Origin: an uncultured Anaerolineales bacterium
Lineage (GTDB): Bacteria > Chloroflexota > Anaerolineae > Epilineales > Epilineaceae
Direction: 5' to 3'
DNA: 64,000 nt
Assembly: GCA_964651245.1 (NCBI GenBank)
Contig: CAZYVI010000016.1
Location: 11,492 to 75,491, forward strand
This document shows, one piece after another, positions 19,741-28,900 of the stretch. The position numbers and the translations under genes are program-made. The stretch's first letter is position 1. Each line of letters opens with the position of its first letter. The notes below the pieces were generated by a model that worked only from the letters and a program-made list of their open reading frames with translations, ran no database searches and was not told where the DNA came from.

Positions 19741-20343
19741 ATGGACGAGACCCCCCCCGTTCCGCCCGGCACCGAGACGACGCCGCCCAGCCCCGGCCAG
19801 CGCCTGGCCGGCGCCGCCGACGAGATCCTGCACGATGCCCAGCGCCTCCTCGACAAGGCGGGCGACAAGGCCGACGAGGCGATCGATCGCCTCGACGAGG
19901 CCTCGGGCGCGGCGCGCGAGCGCGCGACACAGGCCGCCGAGGGCGTGATCGAGGAGCTGCGCGGCATCGGCAGCCGCCTGGCCAGCGCCCTGCAGGCCGC
20001 GGCGACGACGCCCGAGGCGGAAGGGCTCAAGAACGACATCCGCGAGGGCGCGCAACGCCTCGTCAACGAGCTGCAGGCGGCGATCAAGTCGTCGCCGATC
20101 GCGAAGATCGGTGGGCGGGCCGAGACGGGCGCCGCCGCGGCCGATGCGCCGACGGACGCGGCGGCCCCGTCCGCCGCCGCCCCGACCGCGCCGCCGTCGC
20201 AGCGCGTGGCCTCGACCGTTCGCGTCGAGCTCGCGAGCGCGCTGCGCAGCTTGAACCGCGCCCTCGACCGCCTGGCGGGCCAGCTCGCCCCGGACGCCCC
20301 GACCGCCACGTCGGCCGACGGCGACGATGCGCCCCGGGCCTGA
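19741..20343 (+). CDS. Hypothetical Ala-rich alpha-helical (apolipoprotein/phasin-like) protein
   Basis: ATG at 19741 is preceded by a GGAG SD 10 nt upstream. Repetitive amphipathic segments ('AADEILHDAQRLLDKAGDKADEAIDRLDEASGAARERATQAAEGVIEELRG'). No catalytic motifs. Confidence 0.5.
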   Translation: MDETPPVPPGTETTPPSPGQRLAGAADEILHDAQRLLDKAGDKADEAIDRLDEASGAARERATQAAEGVIEELRGIGSRLASALQAAATTPEAEGLKNDIREGAQRLVNELQAAIKSSPIAKIGGRAETGAAAADAPTDAAAPSAAAPTAPPSQRVASTVRVELASALRSLNRALDRLAGQLAPDAPTATSADGDDAPRA

Positions 20344-20542
20344 CGGCCCGTCGGCGTGCGGGCGGCCGCGATGACCGGCGGCGACGGCGGTCGCGACGCG
20401 GCCTGCGCCGCCGCCTGGCGCAAGTACCCGGCGCTGGCCGGCGTCGCGCCGACGGCTCGCCGCGACGGCGACGGCCAGGTCTTCACGTTTCGCGCCACCC
20501 GCGCCACCGGCGCCGGCCCGGCGCTGTCGCTCGTCGTGCGGG

Positions 20543-21601
20543 TCAGCGTCGGGCCGGACGGTCGCGTCCGCCGGATCGTGGCCGGCCGCTGACCCGGCGC
20601 TGGCCGCGCCGCAGCAGCCAAACGCCGCCCTGGACGTCGCGCGCACAGAGCCCATGGTCGACCAGCCAGTCGACGACGCCGACGATCGCGACGAGGGACC
20701 GTCGCGCGTCGACGTCGCCGCGGGCCAGGCCGACGCGGTCGGCGAGCTGCCACGCGGTGATCGGCGCGTCGTCGAGGGCGTGGCGGGCGGCGAGTAGCTG
20801 AGCGCGCAGGGCGGCCAGCCGCCGGGCGACCAGCACGCGCGGCGCGCGGACGGCCGGCCCGTGGCCGGGCAGCCACGTCGAGAGCGGCAGGCGCGCCAAG
20901 CGGCGCCACGACGACCGCAGCGCGTCGAGCTGCGGGGCCCGACGTCCGTCCGCCCGGCTGGGCAGCAGCGCGGCCGCCGTGGCGTGGTCGCGCGCGATCA
21001 AGTCCCCGGTCGCCGCCAGGCCGATCGTCTCGTCGACGAGGGCCACGTGGTCGACCGAGTGGCCGCCCATCCAGCGCACCGTCCAGGCGGTCGCGTCGGC
21101 CGGCCCCAGCGGCACGGGGTCGCCGTCGGCGGCGGGACGGCCCGCCGAGCGGGGCAGGGCGAGCGGCGCGGCGCCGATCTCGGCGTCGAGCGTCGCGCGC
21201 CACGCGCCGAGGGCGCCGTCGGCGAGCGCGGCCGGCAGGCCCGCCGCGCGGGCGGCGCGCCGGGCCGTGTCGAAGCGCGCCGCCACGTGTTCGGCCGGCG
21301 CCGCGAGGGCGGCCAGGGCGGACGGATGGGCGACGACCGGGGCGCCGGCCTCGGCGTGCAGGCGCGCCGCGAGCGCGGCGTGTCCGCCATGGCCATGGCT
21401 GACGACGATCGTGTGGATGTCGCGCAGCCCAAGGTGGCGCTGCGTCAGCGCGTCGCGGACGGCGCCGTAGGCCGCCGGCGTGTCCGGTCCCGGATCGACG
21501 AGGCAGACGCGCGGCGAAAGCAGCAGCCAGGCATTGCGCGGCGCGTCGCCCGCGGGCGACGGGACGACGATGCGGTGGACGCCCGCGCGCGGCCCGCCCA
21601 C
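20543..21601 (-). CDS. Metallo-beta-lactamase-fold hydrolase with a C-terminal winged-helix-like extension
   Basis: The 'IVVSHGHGGH' HxHxDH-type metal-binding motif is followed by further His/Asp ligands ('WMGGHSVDH'). It sits 21 nt downstream of the MaoC gene, so the two probably form an operon. The start is approximate. Confidence 0.65.
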   Translation of the reverse strand: MGGPRAGVHRIVVPSPAGDAPRNAWLLLSPRVCLVDPGPDTPAAYGAVRDALTQRHLGLRDIHTIVVSHGHGGHAALAARLHAEAGAPVVAHPSALAALAAPAEHVAARFDTARRAARAAGLPAALADGALGAWRATLDAEIGAAPLALPRSAGRPAADGDPVPLGPADATAWTVRWMGGHSVDHVALVDETIGLAATGDLIARDHATAAALLPSRADGRRAPQLDALRSSWRRLARLPLSTWLPGHGPAVRAPRVLVARRLAALRAQLLAARHALDDAPITAWQLADRVGLARGDVDARRSLVAIVGVVDWLVDHGLCARDVQGGVWLLRRGQRRVSGRPRSGGRDRPARR

Positions 21602-21622
21602 GGGGCGCGGCCCCGGCGCGCG

Positions 21623-22123
21623 TCAGCCGGACGCGGCGACGCCGTCGGTCGGGGCGTCGGCGGTCAGGGCGCGGCTCTTGAGGAGGATCTCCCAGCGGCC
21701 GCGCTGCACCACGTCGCCGTGCTGGTTGTGGAGCTTGATCATGAACGTCACGAGGCCGCCGCCCAGCGCCCGCGCCAACTTGGTCTCGACGACGTCGATC
21801 TCGAGGTAGACGGTGTCGCCCGGCACGACGGCCTTGCGGAACTTCCAGTCGAGCCCGAGGAAGGCCAGCGTCGTGCCGTCGATGATGTTCATCCGCGCCG
21901 CCAGCCCGGTGGCGATCGAGAGGCCCAGCACGCCGTGCGCGATGCGCTGGCCGTACGGCGTCGTCGCGGCGTAGCCGTCGTCGGTGTGCAACGGGTTGTA
22001 GTCGCCGGAGAGGCCGGCGAACGCCTGGATGTCGTGGTCGGTGATCGTGCGCGCCGGGCTGCGGCCGCTGAAGCCAGCCTGAAAGTCCTCGAACCACAGG
22101 CCCTGCGGCCCTTCGACGCGCAT
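21623..22123 (-). CDS. MaoC-like (R)-specific enoyl-CoA hydratase / hot-dog fold dehydratase
   Basis: ATG at 22123 is preceded by AGGAGGAC. 'FAGLSGDYNPLHTDDGYAATTPYGQRIAHGVLGLSIATG' is the MaoC dehydratase signature. Confidence 0.8.
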   Translation of the reverse strand: MRVEGPQGLWFEDFQAGFSGRSPARTITDHDIQAFAGLSGDYNPLHTDDGYAATTPYGQRIAHGVLGLSIATGLAARMNIIDGTTLAFLGLDWKFRKAVVPGDTVYLEIDVVETKLARALGGGLVTFMIKLHNQHGDVVQRGRWEILLKSRALTADAPTDGVAASG

Positions 22124-22221
22124 CGTGTCCTCCTGGCCGACCCGAGCGGCGGCGCCGCGATTGTAGGCACGGCCTCGACCGACCGCAACCAACCTCGGCG
22201 GCGGCGACCTACAATGGGCGG

Positions 22222-22923
22222 GTGGAACGCAGCACGAGGCGGTCGTGGCGGCGGCAGGCCGGGCGGTGGATGGGCGGCGTTGCGGCGCTGGCCGTGGCGG
22301 CCTGTGGTCCCGCGGTGGCGCCGCCGACGAAGCGGGTGCCGCTGCCTTCGGTGGCGGGCGACGGTCCCGTTCCGGCGTTCGCCGCCGACCTCGACCACGG
22401 CGCGCGCCTGTTCGCCCGGCACTGCGCCCGCTGCCACGGCGAGGGCGGGGCCGGGGACGGTGTGCTGGCGGCGGGGTTGTCGCCGCCGCCGTCGGATTGG
22501 ACCGCGCCCGACGCGCTGCGCGAGGTGGCACCGGCCGAGCTCTATCGGTCGATGTGGCGCGGCAAGCTCGGCACCTCGATGCAGCGGTTCGATACCGTCC
22601 TCGATGAGGCGTCGACATGGGATGTCGTCTTCCATATCTGGTCGCTGGGCGCCGACGCGGCAGCCATCGAGTCCGCGGCGGCGTACGACCGGCACTGCCA
22701 GGCCTGCCACGGGCCGCACGGCGTGCCGGGTAGCGCGGCGCCCGGCCCGCCGTTGCTCCGACCGGAATGGGTCGCGCAGAGCCGCGCCTGGCTCGAGGCC
22801 ACGGTGGCCAGGGCCCATCCCGGCCTCGACGCCGGCGCGCGGGCGGCGGCCAGCGAGCGCATCTGGCAGTTCCTGACCGTCCCCGCCGCGGACGGGGCGA
22901 TCCGATCGGCGCCGGCGCGATGA
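22222..22923 (+). CDS. Di-haem c-type cytochrome, probable lipoprotein
   Basis: Two CxxCH motifs ('CARCHG', 'CQACHG'). The N-terminus is 'RRSWRRQAGRWMGGVAALAVAAC' (positively charged n-region, hydrophobic core and a lipobox-like AVAAC). The start may be the GTG at 22222 or the ATG at 22270. Its stop overlaps the next start (ATGA at 22920-22923). Confidence 0.7.
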   Translation: MERSTRRSWRRQAGRWMGGVAALAVAACGPAVAPPTKRVPLPSVAGDGPVPAFAADLDHGARLFARHCARCHGEGGAGDGVLAAGLSPPPSDWTAPDALREVAPAELYRSMWRGKLGTSMQRFDTVLDEASTWDVVFHIWSLGADAAAIESAAAYDRHCQACHGPHGVPGSAAPGPPLLRPEWVAQSRAWLEATVARAHPGLDAGARAAASERIWQFLTVPAADGAIRSAPAR

Positions 22924-24770
22924 GCCCGGTCCCCCCCGTGGCGGCGCGGCGGGCCCGACGGGCGGCCGCCGGGGCGCTCGTGGCGTCGGCGGCGCTGGCG
23001 CTGGCGGCGACGGGGCGGCTGCCGGCGGCCGCCGAGGACGCATCGCCGTGCCCCGCGAGCGCGACACGGACCGTGGCGCCGGCGACGGTAACGGTGGGCC
23101 AGCCGGCGACCGTCACCGCCGTGCTGCGGATCGGCTGCCCGGCGCTGGCGGGACCGCTCGACGTGGCCCTGGCCCTGGATCGGTCGGCGTCGATGCTCGG
23201 CGAGTCGTTGGCGGCGGCCAAGCATGCGGCGGGCGTGTTCGTCGACGTCGCCGAGCTCGGACGCGTCCGGGTGGCGGTCGTCGCGTTCGACGACCGGGCG
23301 ACGATCGAGGTGCCGCTGTCGAGCTGGCACAGCCGGCTGCGCGGGGCGATCGCGTCGATCCAGGTGCCGCCGGCGGCCGGCACCGACCTCGTGCGCGCGC
23401 TCGCCGCCGGCGGCCGGGCGCTGGATGCGGGCGCCGGCGATGGCCGCGCCGGTCGGCTGGCGGCGATGATCCTGCTGACGGACGGGCAGAACAACGGCGG
23501 CCGCGTGCCGGTGTTGCAGCAGGCGGCCGTCCAGCGCGCCAACGGCGTGCACCTGACCACGATCTCGCTGGGACGGCGGGCCGATCGCGACCTGCTGGCG
23601 CAGGTGGCTACGACCCCGGCCGACCACTGGCCGGCGCCCACCCGCGACGACCTGGCCGCGATCTACGCCCGGCTGCCCGGCCACCTCGATCGCCTGGCGG
23701 TGCGGTCGATCGACATCGACGACGTCGTCGGCGCCACGCTCGCCCTGCGCGAGGGCACGTCGCGGCCGCCCGCGTCGCTGGCCGGCGGCCGGCAGCGGTT
23801 CACGATCCCGGCCGCGGCGGCGGACGCGGTCACGATCACCTACGGCATCGTGGCATCGCAGCCCGGTCGCTGGCCGGTGAGCGCCGGCACCCAGGCCATC
23901 TACACCGACGTCACCGGCCGGACCGGATCCGTTGCCGTGCCGGTGCCGATCCTCGAGGTGGTGGCCGTGCCGACACCGGGTACCGCCGCGCCGGCCACGG
24001 CCACGGCCGCGCCGACGAGGCCCGGCGAGCCGACCACGACGCCGACGGCGACGGCGGCGCCGCCCACCGCGACGGCGACCGCGGCCCACCCGCCGCCGGC
24101 CACCGCCGCTGCCACCGCGACCGCCACCCCCGGCGCCGCGCGCCACCGGCGGTTCCTGCCGGTGGCACTGGCCGGCGCCTGTCTGCCCGGCGCGGTGCCG
24201 CTCGACCTCGTCGTCGTCGTCGACACCTCGACGACGATGTTGGGCCGGACGGCGAGCGGCGAGCGCAAGCTCGACCTGGCGGTCGACGGGATCGGGCGGC
24301 TCGTGGACGGCCTGTCGGGGCGGGCGTCGACGCGGATCGGCGTCGTGCGGTTCAGCGCCGCCGCCGCCGTGTGGTCGCCGCTCACCGCGGACCTCGCGGC
24401 CGTCCGGCGCGCGCTGGCCGAGCCCATCGCGGCGGGCCAGGGCTCGCGCATCGACCTGGGGTTGCGGCTCGCGGTCGACCTGTTCGCCGACGACACGACG
24501 GCCGGGCCGCCCTACCGGGCGGTCGTGCTGGCCTCCGACGGCCTCGTGTTCGGCGCCACGCCGGCCGATGTGCGCGACGCCGCGGACAGCGCGCGGCGTC
24601 GCGGGGCCGTGGCCTACGCCGTGGGGGTCGGGCCCGGCGCCGATCGGGCGCTGCTGGCGGCGGTAGCCGGCGACGCGAGCCGGACATTCGACGCCGGCGA
24701 CGGCGATGGGTTCGCGGCGGCGTTCCGCGCCGTGGTGGCCGCGCTGCCGTGTGCGCGCGCGGCGCCGTGA
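22920..24770 (+). CDS. Secreted double-vWA protein (paralog 6), translationally coupled to the cytochrome c gene
   Basis: The ATG at 22920 overlaps the upstream stop. Signal peptide 'MSPVPPVAARRARRAAAGALVASAALALAATG'. 'SPCPASATRTVAPATVTVGQPATVTAVLRIGCP...VALALDRSASM', then Pro/Thr/Ala linker 'TPGTAAPATATAAPTRPGEPTTTPTATAAPPTATATAAHPPPATAAATATATPG', then 'LVVVVDTSTTM'. The C-terminus is '...ALPCARAAP'. Confidence 0.8.
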   Translation: MSPVPPVAARRARRAAAGALVASAALALAATGRLPAAAEDASPCPASATRTVAPATVTVGQPATVTAVLRIGCPALAGPLDVALALDRSASMLGESLAAAKHAAGVFVDVAELGRVRVAVVAFDDRATIEVPLSSWHSRLRGAIASIQVPPAAGTDLVRALAAGGRALDAGAGDGRAGRLAAMILLTDGQNNGGRVPVLQQAAVQRANGVHLTTISLGRRADRDLLAQVATTPADHWPAPTRDDLAAIYARLPGHLDRLAVRSIDIDDVVGATLALREGTSRPPASLAGGRQRFTIPAAAADAVTITYGIVASQPGRWPVSAGTQAIYTDVTGRTGSVAVPVPILEVVAVPTPGTAAPATATAAPTRPGEPTTTPTATAAPPTATATAAHPPPATAAATATATPGAARHRRFLPVALAGACLPGAVPLDLVVVVDTSTTMLGRTASGERKLDLAVDGIGRLVDGLSGRASTRIGVVRFSAAAAVWSPLTADLAAVRRALAEPIAAGQGSRIDLGLRLAVDLFADDTTAGPPYRAVVLASDGLVFGATPADVRDAADSARRRGAVAYAVGVGPGADRALLAAVAGDASRTFDAGDGDGFAAAFRAVVAALPCARAAP

Positions 24771-24915
24771 CGCCCGGCCGACGTCGCCGCGACGGCCCTC
24801 GGCCGCCGCGGCCGTAACCGCCGTGCGTCCGTCTGTGGCCCGGCGAAGCGTTGCGGGGCTCGCCCGGCTCTGCTACACTCGCCGGCCGTTGCGCCCGGCG
24901 ACCTGACGCCCACCG

Positions 24916-25932
24916 ATGACCCGCCCCCGCGGCGGCCTGGAGGAACGCGCCTTGGTCGAGGACCTGACGCCCGATCGCATCGAGCCGTCCGGCGCCGCGC
25001 GCCGCGGTGACGCTGCGTGGCCGTTCGATGCGGCGCGGCTGGCGCGGATGCTGGCCAACGAGGCCGACATGTCGTTCAAGCGCCGGGCCGAGGCGGTGTA
25101 CGACTTTCTGCGCATCGGGCCGCACGACCGCGTGCTGGACATGGGCTGCGGCCGCGGCTTCTACCTCAAGTTCAGCCGCGAACTCTACCCCGACGCCGAC
25201 GTGGTGGGCGTTGAGCTCGATCGGCCGCTGTTGTCGACGGCGCGGGCGGCCGTGCCCGGGGCCGCGGTCGTGAACGGCAACGTCTATCGGCTGCCGTTCG
25301 CCGACGGCGCGTTCACGCGAATCCTGTTCACCGAGGTGATCGAGCACATCCCCGACGACGTGGCGGCGCTGCGCGAGCTCGCGCGCGTCTTGGCGCCGGG
25401 TGGTCGGCTGGCGATCACGACGCCGCACGCGGGCTACCCGCTGGCGTGGGACCCGCTCAACCGCATCCTCGAGGCGACCGTGGGCCGACCGATCCGCCGC
25501 GGCGTGCTGTCCGGCATTTGGGCGAACCACGAGCGGCTCTACACGCCCGAGGCGCTGAGCGCCAAGATCGCCGCGGCCGGGCTCGTCGTCGACGAGGTCC
25601 GCTTCTTGACCCGCTTCGCCTTTCCGTTCATCCACAACCTGGTCTACGGCTTGGGCAAGGAGCTGCTGGTGGCGGGCCGACTGCCGGACGCGATGGCGCG
25701 CGCGGCGGACCGCTTCGAGACCGGCGGGCAGCGCGGCGCATGGTGGAACCCGGTCCGCTGGGGGCTGGCGGCGTTCAACGTGGTCGACCGGCTGAACGAT
25801 GTCGTTCCGCCGCGCGGCGACGCGCCGTTCCTGATCCTGGCCGTCGCCGCGCGCAAGCCGGGCGAGCCGGACCCGGCCGCACGCGCCGCGGCGGCCGCCA
25901 TGCCGATCGCGCACCCGGAGCCGCAGCCATGA
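24916..25932 (+). CDS. Class I SAM-dependent methyltransferase
   Basis: 'RVLDMGCGRGFYL' is SAM motif I, and 'ILFTEVIEHIPDD' is the post-II region. The stop overlaps the start of the downstream giant membrane protein (ATGA at 25929-25932). Confidence 0.8.
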   Translation: MTRPRGGLEERALVEDLTPDRIEPSGAARRGDAAWPFDAARLARMLANEADMSFKRRAEAVYDFLRIGPHDRVLDMGCGRGFYLKFSRELYPDADVVGVELDRPLLSTARAAVPGAAVVNGNVYRLPFADGAFTRILFTEVIEHIPDDVAALRELARVLAPGGRLAITTPHAGYPLAWDPLNRILEATVGRPIRRGVLSGIWANHERLYTPEALSAKIAAAGLVVDEVRFLTRFAFPFIHNLVYGLGKELLVAGRLPDAMARAADRFETGGQRGAWWNPVRWGLAAFNVVDRLNDVVPPRGDAPFLILAVAARKPGEPDPAARAAAAAMPIAHPEPQP

Positions 25933-28900
25933 CCGAGCCCCTCGACCCGGTCGCCGCCGGCGACGCGGGCCACCTCGCGTCGCGCGAGGACCGCGACGGG
26001 CGGGCGTCGGCGCCGTCGTGGCGCCAGCGGCTGACGTCGCGCCGGCGGGGCCCCACGACGACCGCGCTGCTGCTGGGCGCGATCGTCGCCTGCGGCTTCT
26101 ACCTGCGGACGGTCGGCATCGACTGGGACGCCGGCCATCACCTTCACCCCGACGAGCGCTTTCTCACCGACGTCGCCAGCTCGCTGGCGATGCCGAACGA
26201 CCTGCTGCACTACCTCGACACCGACACCTCGCCCCTCAACCCGCGCAACCAGGGCAAGGCGTTCTTCTCGTACGGCACCTGGCCGATCACGATCGCGCGC
26301 GTCATGGCCGACGCCGCCGGGCCGCTCGGGCTGGGGATGACGGACTTCGGCTCGGTCTACATCGTGGGCCGCTACATGAGCGGCGTGCTCGACCTGTTGA
26401 CCGTGCTCTTCGTGTTCGGGCTGGGCGCCGTGCTGTACGATCGCCGCGTCGGCCTGCTGGCGGCGCTGTTCACGGCGTTCACGGCCTTCCACATCCAGCA
26501 GTCCCACTTCTTCACCGTCGACGCCGCGTTGACCTGTTTCGTGATGTGGACGCTGTTCGGGTTGGCGCTGGCCGTCCGGCGCCGCACCTGGTGGCCGCTG
26601 GCGCTGGCGGGCGCGGGCCTCGGGATGGCCCTGGGGAGCAAGGTCACGGTCTGGCTCTTGGTGCCGATCGCCGTGTTGACGATCGTCGCGGCCGAGCTGC
26701 GGCAGTCGCGGGCCGAGACCGCGGACGCGGACACCGATGCCCGGCCCCCGCACCCGATGGGGCGGGCGGCCGCCAAGGTCGCCTTGCTGGGCGTCGTCAG
26801 CTACGCCGCGCTGCGCTTCGCCCAGCCGGACATGTGGGCGGGGCCGGGCTGGCCGAACGTCGTCGGCAACAGCGCCCGCTTCACCGAGGTGACGGCCGGC
26901 AACTGGCATCCGCCGAAGCTGTGGTTCGACCTGCAAGCGGCCCTGCCGGACGCACTCGAAAAGTACCTGCTGCCCGACCCGCGCTGGATGGACAGCATGG
27001 CCCGCATCAAGGGCCAGGTGACGGGCTTCGGCATGGACTGGCCACCCAACCACCAGTGGTGGGGCCGCAAGGGGTACCTGTTCCCGTGGCGGAACATGGT
27101 GCTGTGGGGCATGGGCCCGGCGCTGGGGCTGGCCGCCTGGGGCGCGTGGCTGGCCGCGGGCGTCGCGATCTGGCGGGGCCGGCGGCGGCACCTGTTGCCG
27201 TGGCTCTGGGTCAGCGTGTACTTCGGCTACACCGGCATCCAGTGGGCCAAGACGATGCGCTACGCGCTGCCGATCTACCCCGCGCTGGCGGTGCTGGCGG
27301 CGTGGGGCCTGGTCGCCTGGCTCGACGCCGCGCGCCGCGCGCCCGCTGACGGCGCGCCCGACCCCGCGCCCGTCCCCGACCGGTCGCGGCGGTGGGCCGC
27401 ATTCGTCTTCGACCGGCGCGTCGCCGTGGCCGCGACCGCCGTCGTCGCGCTGGGCACGGTGGTGTGGGGCACGATGTTCTCGCGGCTCTACACCCGCCAC
27501 CACAGCCGCATCGCCGGCAGCCACTGGATCTACCACAACCTGCCGACAGCGGTGGGCGTCCGGATCGCCGACGACCCGGCCGGCCTCTATCCGGGACCAT
27601 GGCTGCCGGCGCTGGCGCCCGGCGACCTGCGCACCGTCGACGGCGTGCGCTGGCCGCTCGACGCCGCGTTCACCGGGCCGATGCGGCTGCACCTGCCCGA
27701 CGAGTCGTGGCAACAGCACCTCACCGGCGGCTCGTTCGGCGCCCGCCCCGATCTCTGGACGCCGCGCCGCGGCGACGCCACCGACGTCGCGTCGCTGCCG
27801 CGGCTGACCGTGGACGCCGTGCGGCTGGCGTACGCCCAGGCCGACGCGGCCTCGTCGCGCACCGTGCGGGTCGTGCTCAGTCAGGGCGCCGCGTTGCGAC
27901 CGGGCGGCGCGCCGGAGCGCGCGATCGCCCAGGGGCGGGCCGAGGTGCGGGTCGGGCCGGGTGAGGCGGCGCTCGAGGTCCCGCTCGACGCGCCGCTGTC
28001 GCTGCACCTGGGCCAAGAGGTCTACGTCTGGGTGGCCGTCGACGGTGGGCCGATCACCTGCCGGCCGGCGCGGATGGCCTACGAGACGAGCTGGGACGAC
28101 ATCGTGCCCGAGGGCATGTACGGCTACGCCGGCTACGACGATGCGACCACCGACTGGGTCGACGGCCTGTTCGGCGTGACGAACCTCGAGATGTACGGCG
28201 AGGACTATCCGGACTGGCTCGACCAGACGCTCGACCAACTCAGCCGCGTCGACTACTGGGTCTCGTCGTCAAACCGCGTCTACGGCGCGGTGGCCCAGCT
28301 GCCGATGCGCTATCCGGCCACGATCGCCTTCTACGAGAACGTGCTGTTCGGCGAGACGCTGGGCTGGCGGCACCGGGCGTCGGTCCAGTCGTTCCCGAGC
28401 CTCGGACCGCTGCGGGTCAACGACCAGGGGGCCGAGGAGGCCTTCCACGTCTACGACCATCCCCAGGTCGACGTCTTCGAGCGCCCGACGCCGTTCGACG
28501 CCGAGGCGCTGCGGGCCTACCTGGCGCCGATCACCGCCACCCGACGCTGGTCGTTCCCGCCGGTCTCGCCCAACCCGATCGTGCGCTTCGCCGACGCGCT
28601 CTTCGGCCGGATCCCGGTCGACCGCGCCGCGCCGGCCGGCGCCACCGTCGACGGCGGTGCCGCGCGCACGCGCACCGTCGACGCCGTCCTGCTCGACCCG
28701 GCGCGGCTGGCCGAACAGCGCGCCGGCGGCACCTGGCGCGACCGGTTCGACGTCGACGGCGTGCTGAACCGGTACCCCGTCCTCGGCGTCGTGGCGTGGT
28801 ACCTCGTGCTGGCGCTGCTGGGCCTGGCGGCGTTCCCGCTCGTCGCCGTCGCGCTGCCGCGGCTGCCGGACCGCGGCTGGTCGCTGGCGCGGACGGCCGG

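Noticed and set aside
20356-20592. 78-aa plus-strand ORF between the helical protein and the MBL gene
   Set aside because: It overlaps the 3' end of the convergent MBL-fold gene by about 50 nt. It has no RBS and no recognisable motif. It might be real, but it is unsupported.
17652-22097. 1481-aa ORF on the minus strand spanning lepA through the MaoC region
   Set aside because: It is an Arg/Pro/Gly-rich translation typical of an out-of-frame reading of high-GC DNA. It overlaps well-supported genes (lepA, the MBL-fold gene, MaoC) that are in other frames. It has no domain signatures.
24770-24916. Possible small RNA in the 146-nt gap before the methyltransferase gene
   Set aside because: The gap contains only the promoter-like 'TACACTCGCC' motif and a short leader. 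No hairpin or conserved element was seen.
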